DNA from: Candidatus Omnitrophota bacterium
GTDB lineage: Bacteria; Omnitrophota; Gorgyraeia; Gygaellales; Profunditerraquicolaceae
Length of the DNA: 64,000 nt
Reading direction: 5' to 3'
Assembly: GCA_029571225.1 (NCBI GenBank)
Contig: JAKPTF010000035.1
Location: forward strand, 12,575-76,574
The notes below the pieces were generated by a model. That model ran no database searches. It was not told the origin of the DNA and saw only the letters and a list, made by a program, of their open reading frames with translations. Position numbers and translations under genes: made by a program. Shown piece by piece: positions 10,121-17,076 of the stretch. Each line of letters starts with the position of its first letter. Positions within the stretch are counted from its first letter, which is position 1.

Positions 10121-10153
10121 CCTGCGCGGCAGGCATCATGCCTGCCGCGCAGG
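10121..10153. repeat. GC-rich perfect inverted repeat (16+1+16 nt) in the intergenic gap between the FBA-PFK-GAPDH and PGI-like genes
   Basis: CCTGCGCGGCAGGCAT-C-ATGCCTGCCGCGCAGG. It lies 10 nt downstream of the TAA (10163-10165) on the transcribed strand. No U-tract follows it. Confidence 0.6.
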
Positions 10154-10162
10154 TAATTGATA

Positions 10163-13100
10163 TTAAATCTTGTTGAGCGTATCTTCGTACACGGTCTGCA
10201 TTGCTGCGACTTCGTCGCTGACAGACACCAGCGGCACATCGGCCAGCTGCGCGGCGAGCTGCGTGATGTTAAGCAGGTCTTCCGAGCTGATGAGGCCTTT
10301 GTTCATATACGCAGCGGCCATGTTCTGGAGCTGCTGTCTGACCGTATCCTCGGTATTGAAGATCATGGCGAGTGCCTTTGCCATGACAAGCGGCATCGCA
10401 TTGATGCGTTTCTGCGTGACGGCCGCGCGGGATCCGGTTACGCGCACGTTCTTCACCTTTGCCTTTTCGAAGAACAGCGACGCATCGGATACGGTAAACT
10501 CGGCTTCGATATTGTCCATATCGGCATCCGCGCTGATGAGCGCGATCCTGGCCTGCGGGATCTTTGCCGCGGTCACTGCCTCAAGTGCCGCCTTCAAACC
10601 AACATGGATCGTCGCGATCCGGCCGACCCCTAATGCCTCAAGGGTCAGCTTAGCCGCGTCGTCCTTTGCCCATACGCTGAAGTCCACAACGCCTGCCGCA
10701 TCTTTTGCTTTCTCGAGCGCCGCGATGCTGCCGGCGTTTTCCATGATGGCGTTGGCGCCGAGGATAACCGCGCCCCTGGCGTTCTGGACATCGCTGATTG
10801 ATTTGACGAGATCATCGAAGTTCAACGCGCCTGCATTGTACACGCTTGCATCGCTCTTAAGCACAGTCTCGATGAGATCGGCGATATCGACCATTTCGGG
10901 AAGCACCGTCTCTGTTTGCGCAAGCGCAACGGAGGCGCCTCCGTCCTTTGCATAGTCGCCATTGACGAGGGCGCGCATTCTCACGCCGTCCACCATCCAC
11001 GGTGACCATTTGGAGATCATCTGGTTGGGAGCGGCTGACTGGTTGTCATACAGGCCTTTGATGATCACGGTCTTCTTGTTTTCCAGCACCTGGATCAGCA
11101 CGCTGTCGATGATTGATATATTGTTCCAGCCGACGACCGCATTGACATCGAGCGGGCCAGGGTTGACCTCTGGATCGCCCTCATAGAATTTCACCACTCC
11201 GTCCGACTTGTTGAGCGCGAAATCCTTCAAAGCGGCACGGACCTCCTCCACGGTAGTTTCTCTTTTCAGGTTCAGGGTCACTTCCCACAGGGACGCAGAA
11301 ACCGTATCCGTGCGCACAGCGGTTATCTCGAACTTGCCTTTGAGCTGCGGTATCATCTTGAACAGGTTCTTCTTGGCCCCGGTGGAGGCGGGAATGATAT
11401 TGTCGCGGATCGAATCTCCGCGGGCAATATCAAGCGGGTCGCGCGCCCTCTTGCTCTTCATGGGGAAAGTCTCGTTCGAATCGGTCTCCGAATGGATGGT
11501 CAGGCCGGTCCCGTTGACGATACCGAACTCGTCCCACATGGCCTTGATGACCGAGATCATGGCGTTGGACGTGCAACTGAGCGTGTCAACGATCTTGACA
11601 TCCGGCCCGATCTGTTTGCGCATGGCAGAATACAGCGCTTCTTTGAACACGGCGCTGACGGATTTATCGACCGTGTCGGCGCTGACGCCTTCCTGAAGGA
11701 ACTTTTCCTTGAGCATATTCTTCACCGCGTCGGTGTTGACCGGGGAGGCGGCGACAACGGGGAATCCGGCTTCCATGAACTCCTTGAAAATGCGCGGCTG
11801 GACCTTTTCGTCAGTCGGGCCGTAATACGATACCACATCCGGCTTGACTCCGAGTGTCCTGACGGTATCGAGCACCTGCTGATTCGTCGTTTCTGGGCCG
11901 AAATACGGAATCTTTATATCGGGCCTTCCTATATTTTTGTCGCCCGGCACGAAGATGAAATTGACCTCGACGCCGTCAACGACCCTGCGCTCGTCCTTGA
12001 GCACGCGCATACCTTTCACCTGGTACGGCCCGAACGGGCCGTTGTACCTGCTGTTCATGCGCACGAATTCCTCTGCGCTGGCTTCTTTGCCGCCCTTCAT
12101 GGACTTGAGAGCCGCCAGATTGACGCCCGGCTCCCAGTTCTTATAGAAAAGCGCAAACGCTCCGGCGCGGAAAATAAGCGCGTTCGCCGCGATGACCACG
12201 ATGTTCTGGTCCTGCAATGCCAGATCAAGCTTCTTGGGCGTATTGCTTTTCGCAAAAACGCCCATTCCGGCAAGGATCTTGACCTGCGCAAGCTGCCGGT
12301 CATCGATACGGTGCAGGATCCTTCTGATCGACTGCATGACTTCCTGGTTATCGCCGCTTTCCTTCTTGATTGTATTCAATTTCCACAGAACAGCCTTCAT
12401 TTCATCAAGGCCAAGGGACAGTATCTCACCCGGCTTGAGCTGATACAAACGCTTGACCGCAGCCTGATACCGCAGTTGATTCATAGCTGCCTTACCAAGC
12501 TTGAGGTTTGTTTTTTCATTGACAAGCGCCATATTCGCCAGCAGGTATTCATCGCGGTGGGCGCCTTTGTAATCCAGCTGCCTGCCGCCGAGTTCCTGAT
12601 CGAACGGTATGGACTTGATCTGGCCCTTATAGGCGTAGAGCAGCTGATTGTTCTGAAGGTCGGCGATTTTCTCAACAGCCGCTTTGCCGAGCATGCCGGT
12701 CATTTCCTCGTCAAGTTTGGAAATATCAGCCGAGCGGAAAAGATAATCGGCCTTGCCTGCGAGGCTGATGTCGATTTTATCTTCCTTGAGCGCCGTCTTT
12801 ACCACGGCCGCGACGATTAAACCGGCGTTCTCGAGTTTGGGATGACCGAAATCGTCAACGCCGGCTTTCATTGATTTAATGAACGCCGCTTTGGCAACCG
12901 GATCGCTGTTGAACGCCGCCAGCAGCAGCTTGACATCGGCATTGCGGGGCTTGACGACTTCAAGGTCTCCGTTGTCGTTCAGCCTGAAGCCGTCGGTCGC
13001 GATGCTGGCTCCTTCAGCTACGACGACGACGCCGTATTTGTTCTGCTTGTAATACGCTCGCAGATCATCCACCAGCTTCTTCAGATCCACCATCTCTTCG

Positions 13101-15313
13101 GGGATCAGGGTACGGGTAGCACCGACATTGGCGCCGATGCGCGCCGCAACAAACCCTGCGCTTCTGCCGAACACTTCGCCGATGAGAATCCTTTTTGTCG
13201 ATATGGCGTCGATTTTTCCGGCTTCGAAGGCGTCCGTAGCGGCCCGGGTAAAGCTGTCAAAACCATAGGTCTGCGCATCCGGTTCTGGAAGCGCGATATC
13301 ATTGTCCATGGTCTTGGGCAGGCCGATAAAAAGGAATTCAGGATGCTCTTTCTGCAGCTTTGCCGTAACGCCATTGGTATCGTCGCCGCCCAGGGTAACA
13401 AGGCCGTCCAGATCGAGCTTTTTGATATTCTCCCAGACTTTCTGCGCGTCACCTTCCTTTTTATACGGATTGGTGCGGCTTGTCTTTATGAATGTGCCGC
13501 CTTTTTTCTCCCACTTTTCGGCTTCCGAAAGGCGTATCGCCCTGGCCTGCGCCACAAGATCGTCTTTGATGAGGCCGGCCCATCCTTCGGGGATAGCAAC
13601 GATCTCGATACCGTTCTTCAGACCTTCGCGCACCATCGCTGCAAGGACCTTGTTATGCCCTGACGCGGGTCCGCCGCCGGTTAACACTCCAATCCTCTTG
13701 GGTCCGACCAACTGTGAAAATTTGACCCCCTGGCGGTCGGTAACGACCTGCTCCTTATACCTGATACCGGTGATAAATTCCACGGCATCGGCAACGGTCG
13801 AGTTCTCTTTGCCGCCGATCTCGCCGACTTCGGCTTCCAACCCGGCGTCCTCGGGAATAAAACCGGCAAGAAATGCGCTCACAAGCACGTTCAAGCGCGT
13901 GGGCATGAACGACGCGTCAAGCGCAAAGACGGCATGATCTTCTGCAACCTGCTTCTTTACCTGAAGCATGGCCTTGTTGACTGCCTTCATCGCTTTGCCC
14001 ACGCCGGGCGCTGCGTTGAATGCTTCGTCCTTTAAGGCCGCATTGAACATGGCTTCTCTTTTCGCGATGTCTTTTTCAGCCAGTATCCTCTCGAACAGCT
14101 CCGCAACCGCATTCTGCGCCCCCGTGTCCTTCAGGAATGCTTCATCGACTTTGACGGTGACGTGGTCCGACTTGTTCATATAATCGCGGAAACCCTCTTT
14201 CATCGCGGCTGCTTTGGTGTTTGCCGCAAACCTGGCGACGTTATCGAGGCTGTATCCGCCCGGCCAGGTGTAATCGAGTTCGCTCATGGCTTGCTGGAAC
14301 ACGACCACACTGCCGGTCTTTTTTGCCGCGCGTATGATGCCGGGCAGGCTGAGCGGATGGCGTATATTGCAGCACATGATCGCCTTATCCGTTCCTTCGA
14401 GCGCCTTGAACACATGATAACCCTTGAGCGACGAAAAATCGGACGGGTATTCCAGGCCGTTGGCCTGATAATAATCCCTGACCATCTGCGCCGTGCCGTC
14501 AGAGCCAAAACCGATCATGTGCTCGGTCGCCGATTTCTCGGTCGCGGCGTCGATCTTTTCGATAAGGCGCGCGGGAAGCCCCAGAAGCTCCTGATGGAAA
14601 TCGCCGATGACCATTTTCAGCTCTTTGCCCAGAAGCTTGTCGAGGTCTTTGTCTTTTCCTGCGACATACACGCTGTTCTTGGCTTCATCGCTGCGGGGAG
14701 AAACCTTGTATTTCTTTTCCACGTCCGCGGTCTTGGCGATCGTCGCGTCGATCATGCGGTTGACGATTGATTTGGCCGTCGCGTCTCCGTTCTGCGCTTC
14801 GGCAACAAGCGTTTCCCAGATGATATTCTGCCAGTTCGTGCCGACGTGAGCGGCGCTGATGCCGACATTGCGCAAGGCCTGGAGGTTCTCAATGGGAGTA
14901 CCGGTAACGCCGTGCTGCACGATCTTGACGCCGTAGGGTTTGATCGCTTCGTAAATGGCGCCGGTCATCTTCAGGTTCATCTGCGTCTTGATGAGATTGC
15001 CTTCGGCATCGTAGTTGTTGCCGTGGGCGGTGCCGTTATTGATCGCAAGACGCTGGATCATGCGCGGCAGGTAATCAGCAAGCCCCTTGCCTTTGCTCAC
15101 CACGATGAATTTCCCGGTCGCCAGCGAACCGCCGTCCTTGCCGAGAAACTCGCTTTTCATGGCCAGAGGCTGATTGGTATGGTTGGCCGATCTGCCCCGG
15201 AGGTGGTCAAATGAGACGACGCCTGCCATCGAGGCGGTGTTGAACGTGAATATGCCGATAATAAGCAATGCCGTTATCCTGAATAACACCCGAGCGAACC
15301 GTGAACCGTTCAT
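10163..15313 (-). CDS. Triple-enzyme fusion: class II fructose-bisphosphate aldolase (permuted) + phosphofructokinase (PPi-type motifs) + GAPDH, with leader and shared C-terminal domain
   Basis: The ORF track gives 10163..15343 (1726 aa). I prefer the ATG at 15311-15313 (MNGSRFARVLF...) because AAGGAG lies about 8 nt upstream and it removes the overlap with the upstream stop (15330-15332). Domain motifs are listed in the sub-features. Confidence 0.88.
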   Translation of the reverse strand: MNGSRFARVLFRITALLIIGIFTFNTASMAGVVSFDHLRGRSANHTNQPLAMKSEFLGKDGGSLATGKFIVVSKGKGLADYLPRMIQRLAINNGTAHGNNYDAEGNLIKTQMNLKMTGAIYEAIKPYGVKIVQHGVTGTPIENLQALRNVGISAAHVGTNWQNIIWETLVAEAQNGDATAKSIVNRMIDATIAKTADVEKKYKVSPRSDEAKNSVYVAGKDKDLDKLLGKELKMVIGDFHQELLGLPARLIEKIDAATEKSATEHMIGFGSDGTAQMVRDYYQANGLEYPSDFSSLKGYHVFKALEGTDKAIMCCNIRHPLSLPGIIRAAKKTGSVVVFQQAMSELDYTWPGGYSLDNVARFAANTKAAAMKEGFRDYMNKSDHVTVKVDEAFLKDTGAQNAVAELFERILAEKDIAKREAMFNAALKDEAFNAAPGVGKAMKAVNKAMLQVKKQVAEDHAVFALDASFMPTRLNVLVSAFLAGFIPEDAGLEAEVGEIGGKENSTVADAVEFITGIRYKEQVVTDRQGVKFSQLVGPKRIGVLTGGGPASGHNKVLAAMVREGLKNGIEIVAIPEGWAGLIKDDLVAQARAIRLSEAEKWEKKGGTFIKTSRTNPYKKEGDAQKVWENIKKLDLDGLVTLGGDDTNGVTAKLQKEHPEFLFIGLPKTMDNDIALPEPDAQTYGFDSFTRAATDAFEAGKIDAISTKRILIGEVFGRSAGFVAARIGANVGATRTLIPEEMVDLKKLVDDLRAYYKQNKYGVVVVAEGASIATDGFRLNDNGDLEVVKPRNADVKLLLAAFNSDPVAKAAFIKSMKAGVDDFGHPKLENAGLIVAAVVKTALKEDKIDISLAGKADYLFRSADISKLDEEMTGMLGKAAVEKIADLQNNQLLYAYKGQIKSIPFDQELGGRQLDYKGAHRDEYLLANMALVNEKTNLKLGKAAMNQLRYQAAVKRLYQLKPGEILSLGLDEMKAVLWKLNTIKKESGDNQEVMQSIRRILHRIDDRQLAQVKILAGMGVFAKSNTPKKLDLALQDQNIVVIAANALIFRAGAFALFYKNWEPGVNLAALKSMKGGKEASAEEFVRMNSRYNGPFGPYQVKGMRVLKDERRVVDGVEVNFIFVPGDKNIGRPDIKIPYFGPETTNQQVLDTVRTLGVKPDVVSYYGPTDEKVQPRIFKEFMEAGFPVVAASPVNTDAVKNMLKEKFLQEGVSADTVDKSVSAVFKEALYSAMRKQIGPDVKIVDTLSCTSNAMISVIKAMWDEFGIVNGTGLTIHSETDSNETFPMKSKRARDPLDIARGDSIRDNIIPASTGAKKNLFKMIPQLKGKFEITAVRTDTVSASLWEVTLNLKRETTVEEVRAALKDFALNKSDGVVKFYEGDPEVNPGPLDVNAVVGWNNISIIDSVLIQVLENKKTVIIKGLYDNQSAAPNQMISKWSPWMVDGVRMRALVNGDYAKDGGASVALAQTETVLPEMVDIADLIETVLKSDASVYNAGALNFDDLVKSISDVQNARGAVILGANAIMENAGSIAALEKAKDAAGVVDFSVWAKDDAAKLTLEALGVGRIATIHVGLKAALEAVTAAKIPQARIALISADADMDNIEAEFTVSDASLFFEKAKVKNVRVTGSRAAVTQKRINAMPLVMAKALAMIFNTEDTVRQQLQNMAAAYMNKGLISSEDLLNITQLAAQLADVPLVSVSDEVAAMQTVYEDTLNKI
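10166..10906 (-). repeat. Shared C-terminal domain, copy 3 (about 247 aa, ends TVYEDTLNKI), preceded by KDGG at 10937-10945
   Basis: GAVILGANAIMENAGSIAAL...VWAKDDA...IATIHVGL...DMDNIEAEFTVSDASLFF...INAMPLVMAKALAMIF...GLISSEDLLNI...VPLVSVSDEVAAMQTVYEDTLNKI. Confidence 0.85.
10994..12286 (-). other. GAPDH-like domain (divergent NAD-binding half + catalytic half)
   Basis: VDTLSCTSNAMISVIKAMWDEFGIVNGTGLTIHSETDSNE (catalytic Cys and His context) and IIPASTGAKKNLFKMIPQLKGKFEITAVRTDTVSASLWEVTLNL. The N-terminal half is only weakly Rossmann-like (VKILAGMGVFAKS). Confidence 0.72.
12644..13702 (-). other. Phosphofructokinase domain (GGDD / PKTMDND motifs typical of PPi-dependent PFKs)
   Basis: KRIGVLTGGGPASGHNKV, TSRTNPYK, LVTLGGDDTNGV, IGLPKTMDNDI, GRSAGFVA. 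Confidence 0.8.
13754..14446 (-). other. Class II FBA, N-terminal two-thirds (placed second)
   Basis: KGYHVFKALEGTDKAIMCCNIRHPLSLPGIIRAAKKTGSVVVFQQ corresponds to the FbaA N-terminus (...FALPAVNCVGTDSINAVLETAAKVKAPVIVQFS). KSDH corresponds to HTDH. GLEAEVGEIGGKENS corresponds to TLEIELGCTGGEEDG. Confidence 0.7.
14744..15121 (-). other. Class II FBA, C-terminal third (placed first in the polypeptide)
   Basis: GTAHGNNY corresponds to E. coli FbaA GNVHGVYK. VQHGVTGTP corresponds to VFHGGSGST. AAHVGTNWQNIIWETL corresponds to KMNIDTDTQWATWEGVL. Confidence 0.7.
15128..15313 (-). other. N-terminal leader: signal-like segment + HLRG + KDGG
   Basis: MNGSRFARVLFRITALLIIGIFTFNTASMAGVVSFDHLRGRSANHTNQPLAMKSEFLGKDGG. 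DGG codons at 15128-15136 were checked in the DNA. Confidence 0.6.
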
Positions 15314-15329
15314 CGTTTCTTCTCCTTTT

Positions 15330-16859
15330 TTAATCTTCCGCAAGATATGTATCCTCGAGTTCTCCCTGTTCCCCCCGGAGAACGGAATAATAGATTGACG
15401 GGTCAGACCGCTGCGATATCGAAGGGGTAACCACGGCGTAGGAATAACCGTGCTCCTTGAACAACCTGCTCAAACCGGATGTGTGAAAACCGCCGGTAAT
15501 GACAGCGACATAGCTGCTGTCCGATGCGGTATTGATCTTCCGGGCGATATTGCGCATGAACGCCTGTTCGCGGTCGATCCCGACTTTATAAAAACTGTCG
15601 AGCGCATCGAAATTTTCATCGATGACCGTAGACGCGACGGGCCGTGACGGAAGGCCGTACCTTCTGCATGAATCGGATAGAAACACGATCCATCCGGCGG
15701 TCACATAGCGGGAGCGGTCGGCCTGCATGGCGTCGTATTCTGCGGGCGTCAGGTCGAGCCGCAGGAACTGATCGAGGGTATCGAGCGCCTCCGAAATGTC
15801 GCTCAGGCGGCGTTCGTCATTATTAACAAAAAGCTCCTGCCGCACACGCGCCTCCAGTTCGGAGATCTCCCTGATCAATTTCTCCGCATCGATATTCCTG
15901 CCCATAGCGACATACCGCATGTATGCGTCGAACTGCGGATAGGCTGCCGCCAGATCAAGGTGGTCCTGCGCGGCATTGCGCAAAAAGTCATAAAATTCCT
16001 GAGCGGATATCTTTTTGTCCTTGAAATCCGCCGTCTTATCTATCAACTCCTTAATCGAGGCGCCCTGCAATTTCTGGGCAAGGTCCTTGATGAATGCGCT
16101 CCGCTGGGACTCCGCCTGTTTGAAATCGATCGTCTTTTCAAGTTCGAGGCTTTCCCTGAACAAATTGACCTGCTGGCATTCGGACAGAGAGATACTCTTC
16201 TTTTGCGCCGATTCGGCAAGATATGTAACGTATTTGACCAGCGGTAACGCTTTATGCTTGAATGCTCGTTTCTGCGCATCGAGCTCAATCAGCTCGGGAT
16301 TGAACATATGCGGCTTGAGCGCCTCGACAATAGCGGCCAGCCCGTTGATATCGTTCAATCCCTGCTCCTTGTATGCCTCTATATTAAGGAAGGAATCCAG
16401 GTTGCTGTCGTATAATGCGGGGTCTTCAATGCCGAAAAGCTCAAGGTTATGGTCGGAAACGATGTCGAGGTATTCTTCCCCGGATATCTTGCCGTCGCGG
16501 AGGTATTTTTCAGCGACTTCCTCGCGCGCCTTTTTATCCGCAAAGTCCCTTAAGAACGAAAGGCTCACGTCGCCGCTGCCCCCTTCGACCATGATGAGCC
16601 TCAATTTCTTTTCGCGGGCAAGATAATCAAGGATCTGCGCAAGGTTCTTTTGTGCTTCGTAGTTACAATGGGCGTCCTGGATCTGTATTATTGCAGGGCC
16701 GGGCCGTCCTGCCTGTGGCGCTTCGAAGACTTCCTTGATTGTGCCGAACTGGGAAGGTATCTGAAGATTTTTTAAAGGGGTGCTTGGAAAAACGGGATTG
16801 ACATAAATTAAGGAAAGCAATAAGAAGAATGGAATAGTTTTTTTAAGTTTTTTATTCAT
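15330..16859 (-). CDS. Secreted/anchored hypothetical protein (about 509 aa), family not recognised
   Basis: The ORF track gives 15330..16991. I prefer the ATG at 16857-16859 (MNKKLKKTIPFFLLLSLIYVNPVFPSTP, a clean signal peptide). The 44-codon upstream extension is encoded by a hairpin and T-tract and looks non-protein. Conserved-looking strings: IQIQDAHCNYEAQKN, IMVEGGSGD, AVITGGFHTSG. Confidence 0.7.
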   Translation of the reverse strand: MNKKLKKTIPFFLLLSLIYVNPVFPSTPLKNLQIPSQFGTIKEVFEAPQAGRPGPAIIQIQDAHCNYEAQKNLAQILDYLAREKKLRLIMVEGGSGDVSLSFLRDFADKKAREEVAEKYLRDGKISGEEYLDIVSDHNLELFGIEDPALYDSNLDSFLNIEAYKEQGLNDINGLAAIVEALKPHMFNPELIELDAQKRAFKHKALPLVKYVTYLAESAQKKSISLSECQQVNLFRESLELEKTIDFKQAESQRSAFIKDLAQKLQGASIKELIDKTADFKDKKISAQEFYDFLRNAAQDHLDLAAAYPQFDAYMRYVAMGRNIDAEKLIREISELEARVRQELFVNNDERRLSDISEALDTLDQFLRLDLTPAEYDAMQADRSRYVTAGWIVFLSDSCRRYGLPSRPVASTVIDENFDALDSFYKVGIDREQAFMRNIARKINTASDSSYVAVITGGFHTSGLSRLFKEHGYSYAVVTPSISQRSDPSIYYSVLRGEQGELEDTYLAED

Positions 16860-16863
16860 GGGC

Positions 16864-16924
16864 AAATAAAAAAGCCACGACTCACTGAATCCTCTTTTCC
16901 GGAGGCATTCAGTCATCCGTGGCC
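16864..16924 (-). terminator. Imperfect long hairpin followed by TTTTTTATTT (candidate intrinsic terminator of the giant gene, or a leader attenuator)
   Basis: Minus strand: GGCCACGGATGACTGAATGCCTCC-ggaaaa-GAGGATTCAGTGAGTCGTGGC-TTTTTTATTT. The stem has about 17 pairs with a few mismatches and one bulge. It ends 4 nt before the ATG at 16859. Confidence 0.45.
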
Positions 16925-16945
16925 ATTCCATACTGTATGTGCTTC

Positions 16946-16965
16946 TTTTGAAAGCGCTTTCAAAA
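16946..16965. promoter_or_regulatory. Perfect 20-nt palindrome TTTTGAAAGCGCTTTCAAAA
   Basis: Read directly from the sequence. It lies between the promoter-like element and the hairpin. It could be an operator or a small stem-loop. Confidence 0.35.
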
Positions 16966-16981
16966 CGCCTTACTATTAAAA

Positions 16982-17010
16982 AAGATACCATAGAACACCA
17001 TTTCTGTCAA
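16982..17010 (-). promoter_or_regulatory. Sigma70-like promoter candidate (TTGACA - 17 nt - TATCTT)
   Basis: The minus strand has TTGACA at 17005-17010, a 17-nt spacer and TATCTT at 16982-16987. It sits in the AT-rich 217-nt gap after the giant gene. Confidence 0.3.
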
Positions 17011-17076
17011 GAAATACTTTTATAAAAGATTGATAATCTATTTACCTTGTTTCCCATGCACAAATTAATATAGCGA

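Noticed and set aside
15314-15343. The upstream start MRKIKKGEET would make the 1726-aa ORF overlap the previous gene by 14 nt.
   Set aside because: That stretch is itself the AAGGAG ribosome-binding region for the ATG at 15311-15313, which begins the signal-like sequence. The longer start cannot be strictly excluded.
16860-16991. The ORF track gives the 553-aa ORF a 44-codon N-terminal extension (MVSFLIVRRFESAFKRSTYSMEWPRMTECL...).
   Set aside because: The extension is encoded by the palindrome and the hairpin/T-tract region and has no protein-like character. The internal Met (16859) starts a textbook signal peptide.
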